The notes under the pieces were generated by a model that was not told the DNA's origin, did not search any database, and saw only the letters and a program-made list of their open reading frames with translations. 64,000 bases of DNA from Octopus sinensis (lineage: Eukaryota), in the NCBI RefSeq assembly GCF_006345805.1, contig NW_021832838.1, positions 35,695 through 99,694 on the forward strand, given 5' to 3'. The translations under genes and the position numbers were made by a program. Positions 25,738-36,869 of this stretch are shown here, piece after piece (the stretch's first letter is position 1; each line of letters begins with the position of its first letter).

Positions 25738-27214
25738 CATTCTTCGACACCCATCCCTTCTCCTCTCTGATTCCTTCTTTCTCTCTCTTCTCTCTCTTTG
25801 TTGCGTTTGTCCCTCCTCTCTCTCTCTCTCTTCCTTTGCTTCTCTTTCTTTTCTTTTCCCTCTTCTCTGTCACGTGACTGTTGGCCGAAATCTGCCTTTC
25901 AGCTCCTGACCCTCGTCGTGTCAACATCGTTGTTTTTCGTCCGCCGCTATAAAGGCTTCTTCCAATGCGCCAGAGAAAAAATTTGTTTGCTTGTTATCAG
26001 TCGTAAGACACTTGTTGTTTTCACCGTTAATGCTTCTGTATTTTATGTTTCTGTATTCCATTATTGTTTTTTTTTTTTTTTTTTTTTTTATATCTGTCCC
26101 TTTTGCTGTCCTGGTGTTCGTATGCATTCGATCCTTCTTCCAGGAAAACTACGCTTCCAGCTTAGTTTTTCTAATGCTCGTTGCTTAGTTTTTCTTGGAG
26201 GCTGGCCGTGATCTAGTAATCTCAAGATTAATCAGCCGAAATTACTACGATGATCCGGTTCTTGACTGAAGACTGAGGGTTTCGAGTGTCCTGTCCGTGT
26301 TTATTGTGTCGTCTTCTAAGAGTTATACGTTCTTGTCCATGTTGTATTTTTCTACATACCTTAACATATATTCCAGGCGCCCCGTACCCCCTTATCATTA
26401 ATGTGAGCACATATTCTTAATAATTGGTACGACTCTCTGTTTGTCTTTCTCTCTCTCTCATTTTTACTTGATCTGTCCCCCTCTCTCTCTTTTCTCTCTA
26501 CTCATCCTCTTTTTCTCTTCTCTTTCCTCTGATTCTTTGGTCTAGTCTTCCACTACCCTCCTATTTCTTTGTCTCGCTCTGCACTCACAGGTCATTCTTC
26601 GACACCCATCCCTTCTCCTCTCTGATTCCTTCTTTCTCTCTCTTCTCTCTCTTTGTTGCGTTTGTCCCTCCTCTCTCTCTCTCTTCCTTTGCTTCTCTTT
26701 CTTTTCTTTTCCCTCTTCTCTGTCACGTGACTGTTGGCCGAAATCTGCCTTTCAGCTCCTGACCCTCGTCGTGTCAACATCGTTGTTTTTCGTCCGCCGC
26801 TATAAAGGCTTCTTCCAATGCGCCAGAGAAAAAATTTGATTGCTTGTTATCAGTCGTAAGACACTTGTTGTTTTCACCGTTAATGCTTCTGTATTTCATG
26901 TTTCTGTATTCCATTATTGTTTTTTTTTTTTTTTTTTTTATATCTGTCCCTTTTGCTGTCCTGGTGTTCGTATGCATTCGATCCTTCTTCCAGGAAATCT
27001 ACGCTTCCAGCTTAGTTTTTCTAATGCTCGTTGCTTAGTTTTTCTTGGAGGGCTGGCCGTGATCTAGTAATCTCAAGATTAATCAGCCGAAATTACTACG
27101 ATGATCCGGTTCTTGACTGAAGACTGAGGGTTTCGAGTGTCCTGTCCGTGTTTATTGTGTCGTCTTCTAAGAGTTATACGTTCTTGTCCATGTTGTATTT
27201 TTCTACATACCTTA

Positions 27215-27215
<1 letters not shown>
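25734..27215. repeat. head-to-tail tandem duplication of a ~630-bp unit (25734-26364 and 26589-27215)
   Basis: Both copies run aggtcattcttcgacacc...tctacataccttaa with only a handful of differences. There is a 224-bp spacer, and (TA)n lies on both outer sides. Confidence 0.95.
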
Positions 27216-27248
<33 letters not shown>

Positions 27249-28544
27249 GCACACACACATCAGTAGTTGCGCAAATTGAGATAAATAAAAGTTTGGTTAG
27301 TTCAAATAGGTCTGTGAAATATTTTAATTTCTTTAACTTCCAAGGGCAACTTCACTACAGTTTACCGTTTCATGAGTATGGTAAAGGGTGTAAATACACC
27401 ATTATGAGCTCAGTACCGCCTTCTCTTGGACTTCTAGATACATTTCTGGTCGTTAGCCTTTCTCAGTAGGGGAAACCAAAGGGAGGTAACCATGAGTTGA
27501 TTAAATAGATGTAGCTTTAAAATCAATCTTCCAATGGTAGGGACTCGCCGACCGCCCTGTCAGAGCAAATTTATTAGAACTAGCGTGAACCAATGTGAAG
27601 AAATATATATACATTAACATATACACTCATAAATAAAACAATAAAGCTGCCATTATATTGTTGCTCGATCACTTAGTAACTGCATTGAAACCTTCTCCAA
27701 ATACCTTTATATGCAATGCAGGCATCGTCGAGTGGTTAACACGTTTGATGGATACCGGCGCACTTCTGGTGGGTTCAATCTTATCGTCTGCCTCTTCGGT
27801 GTCTCTTACGAAAGGATAAATTTTAGTACCAGCTCGTTATGTTTATGTCACTAAGATCTATCAACTCCCTATTTTACCAAAGAATTTTCTGTTTCGATAA
27901 CTAAAATAGCGAGGAAAACAGATTAAGGATAAACTCGTTGCATGGTTAATCCACGAAAATGTCCGGGTTAATATGCACGTGCATGGTTCAACCTGATCAC
28001 CTTGTTTTTTGTGTTGGTGAATAAAAGTGTTAAGGTTAGAGCTGGTATTAGCCAAATCAGGGATTAGGTTAAAACGGTGACTTCTGCCTGTCACCCACCA
28101 ACCTGCACGATCTCTGTATATTTCGACTTTTATACCCACCACCTTTGTTTATTGTATTTCATTTTGAAATTATTTATCACCAGAAGTACACTGCTTGGAA
28201 AAGCAGAAATCCTTAACTCAAACATACTTCTATACGCACAGAGACACGCACCCCCACATAAACTCACTCACACACGCACACACATACACGCACACAAGGA
28301 ACTGAATATATTTCTGCTATGAGATGCAGTGGGCTCATATTTGGGTGTCTGTAAAGCTAATGAAATTCATAAGATAATAGTTCATTACTTCCTCATCTCA
28401 TTGTTCTTATCACTCCCTTCACTCGATTAACGCTTCGTCCTCAAGCTTATGTGTATTGAGTTCTACACCCGGTCATTAGTATATAGACATAGACACTTAC
28501 TTACATTACATCATTCACACACACCAGCACACAGTTCCCATTTA

Positions 28545-28700
28545 CAGAAAACAAAAGACAAAAACAGGTGAGGGAACAACAAGGTGTATTACTTTAACGC
28601 TCGGTAAGAATGGAAACGTCTTCGGCGTTTCAAACCTATGCACTTCGACAGAAAGGATTGAGGGGAACATGGAGAGAGAACGAAAAAATAAAAAGAACGG
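28545..28700 (-). mobile_element. PLE-type terminal-repeat relic with decayed minimal hammerhead
   Basis: The minus strand reads tcctttCTGTCGAAgtgcataggtttGAAAcgccgaagac...ccgagcgttaaagtaatacacc. Homologous to 34855-34960. Confidence 0.5.
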
Positions 28701-28829
28701 ACACAGAAAGAATAACGGTTCAACATGAATGACCAGAAGAAGAGATGTGTATCTATATATGCTTGCATAAGAATGGAAGTGAGTACTATAATATATATAT
28801 ATATTAACTACTGCATGTCATGTAGTATC

Positions 28830-28882
<53 letters not shown>

Positions 28883-29301
28883 ATATATATATTATATATA
28901 TGCTATGTCATGTATATTTTCATGCAGTAAGAATGTATATATGTGTATGAATATACATGTATGCGTAAGTATTTGTAAATATTCGATATTGAAATTGTAT
29001 CTATAATTCCATTCTACATCCAATTTCCATTTGCAATATTTGTCAAATTGCAGCTACACGATCTTACTGGTATCTGCCTCCTCTAACCTTATTATATATC
29101 TCTTGGCTAACAGCTAAAGTTCATTCGCCGACAGTCACACCGGACAGCAAACAACATGGCCAACATCTCGCTGATTAAACAGCAATGTTTAGGATTTCTC
29201 CTACTTTACATGTTTTAAATGTTATCGCTGATGGAGTGGCGATAGTTGAAATCTTCTGTAAATATTAAGAGGCCGCACTTTACACAGCACGCGCACACAG
29301 C

Positions 29302-29371
<70 letters not shown>

Positions 29372-29721
29372 ACAAACACACACACACACAAAGATAAATA
29401 CACGCACGCACACAGAAATACACGCACGCACACACACACCACACGCACACACAGACACCCCTACACATGCATTTAGACAAAACGGATAGCAACACTGACT
29501 GTCACTCTCTCTGTCTCTGTCTATTTATTTCTCCCTCTCTCTATCTCTGTCTCTCTCACGAACTCACGCACGGCACTTCTTAGTTCGGACACCAACACAC
29601 ACATATGCAATTCGTTACATAATAACTGACAAAGATTAGAGGTTTGTAAGTTCAATATTTCATCACAATCGTATATATATCTTTATATGTATATACATAC
29701 ATACATGCATACATACATACA

Positions 29722-29759
<38 letters not shown>

Positions 29760-29760
<1 letters not shown>

Positions 29761-30462
29761 GTAGGTCCCGGGTTGATTCGGGGTTAACCACAGTAAATAA
29801 GGTACTCAATACATAGTAGAGTAAAATTAATTTATTATATAGAAGGAGCTTCTACAGGACTAGAACTGTTTCATTCAAGAGAAATCTTCAGGAAGCCCTG
29901 AAGATGCTTCCTGAAGGTTTTCGTCACAATGTGACTTTTCAAGAATTGTAAGGTGAAAAGAAATTTTTTTTTATGATTGAGGAGGGGGAAAAAAGAAAAT
30001 TACATTCTTTTTTGCAAAAAAATAATAAACATATACAAAAATTTAAAAATAGGTACACCGATACATTGTAAAGTCTTTGTGTATCTCGAGTCCAATGATA
30101 GTTCTTGAAAAAATTACCTTGGAAAATTGAGCTCCATGTGATTAAATCCATATGGTGTTTAATTTAGGATGTTTGTTAAATGAATGTCAAAGCAGGAAAT
30201 GGGGTAGGAGTTATCCAGTTCCTGTGAGTAAGGGGAGACAACTCTGTGGATTTTATGCTCTTCAATTGGGATTATCAATTTTTTTAAAATAGGATGTTAA
30301 CCTTAAATTATAAAATTATCATTTTAGCTTCATTTGCATTATCTTTTTTTATATAATTCTTTGCTAACTTAACATTCAGATTTTAACACTTTATTTATAT
30401 TGTTTTCTAATTATATAAATTTACATAAACCAATTTATAATTTCATTTCAGATTGTTATGTC

Positions 30463-30515
<53 letters not shown>

Positions 30516-30765
30516 CAACAAATAAAGAATATAAGTTTTAGCTTGAAGTGATGACTGCATGATATCCTTATATATTTGTATTAGTCCATCCATGAAGAAT
30601 AAGGTAGAAAAAAGAAGTATGATTATCGTGGAGTTTGCATATTAAGATGCGTTTTGAATTTTTTAATAAAAAGATTCTCCTTGTTAATTCTTTCTTGTGT
30701 GGTGATTCCGTCTTTACATTGGTAGAAGGGGAATATGTAAAATTTGGGATTTTTGTCTTTAGCGC
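29760..30765 (-). mobile_element. Penelope-like element 3' remnant: GIY-YIG tail, 3' UTR and hammerhead
   Basis: The minus strand 30635-30765 reads KNPKFYIFPFYQCKDGITTQERINKENLFIKKFKTHLN (PLE endonuclease C-terminus, R..KE..FI.KF.P.LN). A hammerhead lies downstream at 29847-29897. Confidence 0.75.
29847..29897 (-). ncRNA. type I hammerhead ribozyme, near-canonical
   Basis: ggcttc-CTGAAGA-tttc[tctt]gaat-GAA-acag[ttctagtc]ctgt-A-gaagct. Stem I is 6 bp, stem III 4 bp, the cleavage triplet is GUA, and there is a U.U mismatch at the base of stem II. Confidence 0.75.
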
Positions 30766-31265
30766 ACGAGAGGCAGGTTGTTACATCAGAACAGTTTTCT
30801 TCAAGTTGATTGCCAAGCCCAATGGTGTACATGCTGCAGAAATCGCACTCATCATGCGTTGCATATCTTCTTGGGAATGTGCTAACAGTTCATAAACATC
30901 TGCAGACAAGAACTCAATGACGTGAGAATGAAGAACTTTTGTTTTGGCACAAAGTCTTTTGAGGCTGAAAACTTTTCCCACTGTCCTATATCTTATATAG
31001 ACCCTTGCAGCACAATCTTGAAGATCTATTTGAAAGACTATTGTAAACTACAGAGCAAAGAAAGGTAGGAGAAGGAATACCAGCGTGTTTCACAAATCAA
31101 TTGGATCTGTCAAGTTACCTCCAACATTAACTCTCACCTCCATCTCGTCATGAAATTGACTAGGCATTCTCACAAATTTTTCTGGGCAGCCCAACTTTTT
31201 CAGGATCTCCCAAAGAGCAAATCTAATTACAGAATCGTTCGCTCTCGTCAGATCAATAAAAAACT
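30766..31265 (-). pseudogene. RTE (BovB-like) LINE reverse-transcriptase fragment
   Basis: FIDLTRANDSV.RFALWEILKKLGCPEKFV....FHDEMEVRV...IRYRTVGKVFSLKRLCAKTKV...EFLSADVYELLAHSQEDMQRMM...AC..LGL.INLKKTVLM. Confidence 0.9.
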
Positions 31266-31539
31266 TGTTATTAGTCCATATCCTGTTCGATGTACCTCTC
31301 TTGTATATAGTGTATATATATATATATAAATATATAATATATATAAGATTATATATATACTATATATATATATAATATATCTGCTATATATAGTATATAT
31401 TATAATATATTATATGTATTGTATGTATGTATGTAGTGTATGTATATGTATGTGTATATATAAAGATGTATATATATATATATTTATATATATATGTATA
31501 TATATATTTATATACATATGCTAATATCTAGCAGTGATA

Positions 31540-31900
31540 ATGTGTGCTCAACAGCGCATTGATGGATAACTATTCTTTATTTGTGGGTAAAGGCTATCAT
31601 TGGTTTCATGCCGAGAGAAATCTCTCACCAAATAATCAAGCCACCCAAATGGAATATTGGTACTCGTCTCCTTCTGAGATGAGAGCATGAGTACCAACGT
31701 TCCATGCTGCAGGCTTTGTATTTGTTGAGAGATTCTTAACCAACACATAGGAACAGCTGATTTTGGCCGGTTGCCCAACCGTGAAGGCAGCCTTATCGGA
31801 TGTTTTCAATGAATCGCTCCTTCAGTACTGGAAATATGTTATATTTTTCTGGTCTGTATTCCTGTGGATGATGTAGGGTTTATTAGCGTTTGATAGGTAA
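31540..31900 (-). pseudogene. probable 5' portion (UTR/endonuclease start) of the same RTE, separated by (TA)n
   Basis: Traces of AAWNVGT (WNVRT) and ERFLS..L...NK...SI.A (ERLMSLRL..ISAYAPT) on the minus strand. Confidence 0.35.
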
Positions 31901-31930
31901 TGGCGGCTATGATGAGATTTATTTAATTAC

Positions 31931-31981
<51 letters not shown>

Positions 31982-32649
31982 GTGAGTGTCTATATACGTC
32001 AAGTAAGAGTCATTAACAGGTGCGGCACTGATGTTCAAACAATAATATTGATCAGTAGAGCAGAACAAATTTGCAAAATCATACGCACCCAAATACAAAA
32101 GAAAGACACGCACACGCACACATGCACGTGCACAAATACGGGCACACACATATAACTATATATACAACTATACATGTATATATTATTTTATATTACTATT
32201 TCGTGCATGCCTGAGTAAAGCCAATGTAAATGTCTGTCTCTTTCACTTTCTCTCTCTCTCTCTTTCCCTCTCTTTCTTTCTTTCTTTCTGCCCCCCCCCT
32301 CTCTCCTCTCTCTCTCCCTATTAATCAATGTTTATATATGTGTTTATTTATTTGTGTCCATCCATCTACGCGAAGACACAGACACACATGCGCACACGCA
32401 CACATACACTTCAACTCCCACGCACATAAACGCCCAGCTCCCTCATACACACACACACACACGCACACACGCAAATACTTCCTTTAATGTAATTATGGTT
32501 GCATTCGCTCGGAAAAACTTCGTTATCAGATGTTAAAGCAATCTTTATGTAGGAAAGTTCCTTTAATTATTAATACACACATACACACACATGTAATGAT
32601 TTAGACATATATAGGGCAATACATATTTCTATATATATACACTTATTGA

Positions 32650-33260
32650 ACATAGCGTAGCCCTCGAATGACCCTAGTTATTGAAAGAGGAAAATCCTTT
32701 GAACAGAATTTTATGGAAATCAATAGAAAGTATGAAATCCCGAAAGGAAAAAATCTGAAAGAACAAAATCAAAAATGGTTTTGTTTGACTTATTTTTATG
32801 AAGAACACATCAAAGGTTGCCGGCATTATCTTCTGACAAACCTCTAATTTTGTCTGTATAGCACTAAAGTGATAGAGTTACAAATGTTTTTAATAAATAA
32901 CTTTAAAGACCAAATCTACTCTAATTTGTTGGCAGAATGCTTCATAAAAGCATTCAGTAAACAAATCTGGTGTAATCCAAGATTTTCTGTTACATTTCCA
33001 TACAACAGGCAGATTAGGTTTGCCATCCATGGCTCTTGGAGTATGAGACTAATAAACAAACAGCAACTCAAGTTTCATGTCTCCAGAGTCCTTTCTTCCC
33101 AGCAACAGCGTAAAACGATCTTGGTGCTTTTCGTTTCTTACCTCCCTTTGAGGATAAGCCCTTTTAAAGGGTAAACGTCTTCAAAATATCCCATGTTTGT
33201 CAAACTTAAAAACAAGATTTAATCAATATTTGATCAATATATACAGATTTCTCCAATACC
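32650..33260 (-). pseudogene. pogo/Tigger-type transposase relic
   Basis: The minus strand reads FKFDKHGIF*RRLP...KDRFTLLLG..DSGDMKLELLFVY.SHTPRA....LPVVWKCNRKSWITPDLF..CF..AF, matching Tigger DETGL.W / KDRLTLL / LPV.W..NKKAW. Confidence 0.8.
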
Positions 33261-34065
33261 CATGAGTTGCACCGGAAATACCGATATTAGTACTTCCTGA
33301 CTTCTCTGTAATCCAGTCAGAGATGAAAGAGTTCCTTCAACTTGTTCAAACTCTGCATAAAAGCATCGAACGCTCGAATGACATCTCCGGCTTCTTGATT
33401 CCAGTGATTAAAATAATTTAACGCCTTTTACTGTATAATATATTCGGAAAGAAGCGTGATGCGCAGCTATAAATCTTATGGATTTACAGGTGGGATTGGT
33501 GTGCTGGGGGTAAGGAGAGACATCAACCGCGGAGATCTCTCATAATCCATTGATTTCCTATAATTAATTCTTCTGCTTTCATCCTGTAAAACTTATTTAT
33601 AGATGTTTATTGCTGTTTAAGCATATGGATGGCTTTCGCTTCTTTGGACCGTTTCTGCATCATCACCAGCGTCATCATCATCATCATTACTTTCATCAAC
33701 TCCGTCGTCGTCGTCATCCTCCTCATCATCACCACCACCACCACCACCATTACCGCCTTAGAAGTGTCCAGTCCCTTGAGCCGTGGTTTCTTCTACATTT
33801 CCACGCTTACCGTATTCAAGAAACTGTAAAATAATGAAAAAAAACGGGGAGGAATCAGGTAAGGGTTGAGTGCCGGCGTTCCTCCTACGACAAAACCATA
33901 GAAATACCCAACTTTACTTCGATATGACATTTATTGCCATGGCGTTGACTTCCTCAAATTAATTCAGATTCAATGACGTCATAGCAGCAGGTTAAGTGAT
34001 TATTCCATTATATTGGAATTTGCACAAAAAGATCTTTGCATTGAATGTTGAATGGAAAGAATATT

Positions 34066-34102
<37 letters not shown>

Positions 34103-34187
34103 GGAGAAAGATAAGGAGAGAGGGAAAGAGGGTGAAAGAGAGGGAGAGAGAGAGACGGAGAAAGTTAAGGAGAGAGGGAAAGAGGGT

Positions 34188-34245
<58 letters not shown>

Positions 34246-34854
34246 GACACAAGAGTAATTAGGTAGAATGGCTAAACTGAAAACCAGAAATTATTCATTT
34301 TCGCATGGCAGCTGTCTAATGACTCGTCTGTGATAGGAGGAGGAGGAGGAGGAGGAGGAAGGAGAAGGCGAAGTGGAAGGGAAATAGCCGAGGTCAACGG
34401 CTGAGAGTTCACGTGAAAATTGTATTATTCTCGTCGGGGGTTACAAAGAGAGAAGAGTAACATGTAAGGCGAGGATGGACAGTGTCTGGCGGACATGAAC
34501 GGTGGACAATTTAATTCTTATTTGAGATACTTTTCTTAGATCAGTTTTGAATGATATTTTACAATTTCTCTGGTTTATGAAAAAAAAAAGAGTTATAGAG
34601 TAACTGCTGTATTTGTTCAGTCGATAAACAACTTGGCTGCTTGTTTCTCTAGAGGTGGTCAAAGAGAGATGGATGTCTCTGATGGGAACCCAACTGAAGT
34701 TCGAAAATCAATTAAGCTGTTCATCATTTTTCCAGTCTACCGAGGAAAGGCTAAAATTTTCCCTGTTTATAAATTATATGTTACGTATAAAAAAGCCATG
34801 TTGGGCCGATGACAGCTACAAGTTTTTTTTCATTCCTTCTCCGTTTATTTTCTC

Positions 34855-34985
34855 GTATTCCTTTCTGGGCATGGACTCGAAACGTAAAAGACGTTTTCAT
34901 TTTTCCCGAGCGTCAAACTAAAACACTTGTTTGTTGTTCATAAACCTGTCTTCGTCTTTTGTTTTTCTATAAATTTCAAATACAC
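34855..34985 (+). mobile_element. PLE-type terminal-repeat relic with a partly deleted minimal hammerhead
   Basis: cctttCTGggcatggactcGAAACGTaaaagac...cccgagcgtcaaactaaaacac. Same family as 28545-28700. Confidence 0.5.
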
Positions 34986-35075
34986 GCGTGCACGTGCACA
35001 CAAAAAGCAAAAGAAGGAAAATGCACACAATTTATATATTTTTAATATATTTTAAAGGATAGAAAATTGGTGATA

Positions 35076-35107
35076 GTCTACCGGTTTCGCGTTTCGCTAA
35101 TCATAAC
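35076..35107 (-). ncRNA. degenerate minimal hammerhead relic
   Basis: gtt-ATGATTA-gcg[aaa]cgc-GAA-accggt-A-gac. The stems are intact, with palindromic stem III, but the core differs from CTGATGA at two positions. Confidence 0.4.
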
Positions 35108-35262
35108 ATTGAAATTGGTGAAGATATTGCAATTTCGTATTTTCCTAACGAATTTTTAGTCCATGTTGCTTGTATTCTTTGTAAATGAATTAACATCTAG
35201 AAAAATCTAAGGAGAGTAATTGGTGATTGGCATTATTCGAGACAGGAGAGGTAATTACACTT

Positions 35263-35305
<43 letters not shown>

Positions 35306-35559
35306 TTGCGTTTAGAGTGCAGTTATTTGATTCGACTTAACTTCTCAGTTCTTTCCGGACTTCTGTTCTTCTTCCTGTCAATTGATCACCACCGACACCA
35401 CCACCACTACCACCACCACCACCACCGCCGCCGCCGCCGCCGCCGCCGCGCCGCCGCCGCCGCCGCCGCCACCACCACCACCACCACCACCACCACCACA
35501 ACCACCACAACCACCACCACCATCACCATCGTCGTTCATATGATCTGCTTCGTGCTGTT

Positions 35560-35770
35560 TCGCTCTTTAACCTTGGACTCTCCATAGATATGAGAAGTTT
35601 ACTTCAGAAGTGGCCTTCCATGTCGTCTTTGATTTGGAACGTCTCACCACAACACCAATGCCATGCAGTGGCTGTGTGGCCGCCCTTTCATCAAATAATT
35701 GAACCAGTCCTCTTTCTTCATTCTTATTACCTCGTTAATGGTGATGGTCATATGGAGAAACGTTCTAATG
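35560..35770 (-). pseudogene. possible RTE LINE 3' relic
   Basis: ITINEVIR....W...LMK.......LVLW*DVPNQRRHGRP resembles the RTE C-terminal LLW.P.G.R..GRP motif. Confidence 0.35.
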
Positions 35771-36406
35771 GATTGTTTCTATCGCTGTCCCATCCTAAAC
35801 ATAGGTCTCAAACTCGGGTCTGGTAATGACACCCTTAATATACAACTCAAACACTGCATTTCATTAACTTCTGGTGTGTGTGTTTGTATCTTCAGATTTG
35901 AAAGTCCATTATTCTGGAGGAGCAGATTATGAGAGGAACAATGAGGATATTGTTCGGTCAAAATGTTTTAATTCCTGTATGTGTAGCCATAAATATGCGC
36001 GTATATATCCATAGGTCTGTCTGTATGTCGTATACCAGTGATTGTCCAGTGAGGTAAGCAGCGGCCTACTGGCCTTGCAATGGGCAGAGATCGAAGGGGA
36101 GCATGAATTGGCGGACTTTAAATGATTAACATCTCCTATTTACATCGTGGATCATGGGAAGGGCGAATTCAAACGGAAACAGATGTAGAGGAAGAGCATA
36201 GGTGCATACCTCGGGCGAAATAAAGTGCAATGTTTCATGTAAATTTGCGATTACCTCCTAATTACAATAAATTACAATTTCCTAATTAGTCGTGACCTTT
36301 TTGGTTTTGTCAAGCCCAGCTTTCTATCATAATACTGAGGCACTTGGGGATCTAGATATCCTGATAACCACAAATATGTATGTGTGTAGGTATGTTTACG
36401 TACATA

Positions 36407-36479
<73 letters not shown>

Positions 36480-36747
36480 GTATGTATATATGCATCCGAG
36501 CATGCTAGCATATACGCAAAATGTATGCATGTGTATATGTAGCATTTATGTGTGAGTATATGTACGTATGTACACATGTATGCATGTGTGTGGGTATAGT
36601 TTGGTCTATGGTGTTACGTCTTTGCACATTTGCATGTTTAGACGCGTGTAAATATATATATTTATATATACAGATACACGTATATATGGGTGTGCATGTG
36701 TACATGTACACATGAGTTGTGAATGTAGATATTGATATGTATAAACA

Positions 36748-36852
<105 letters not shown>

Positions 36853-36869
36853 GTCTAATATATACATAC

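Noticed and set aside
26230-26300. gaaa...tc...ctgaaga arrangement in the duplicated unit as a type II hammerhead
   Set aside because: Stem I cannot form and the stem II register is off by two bases.
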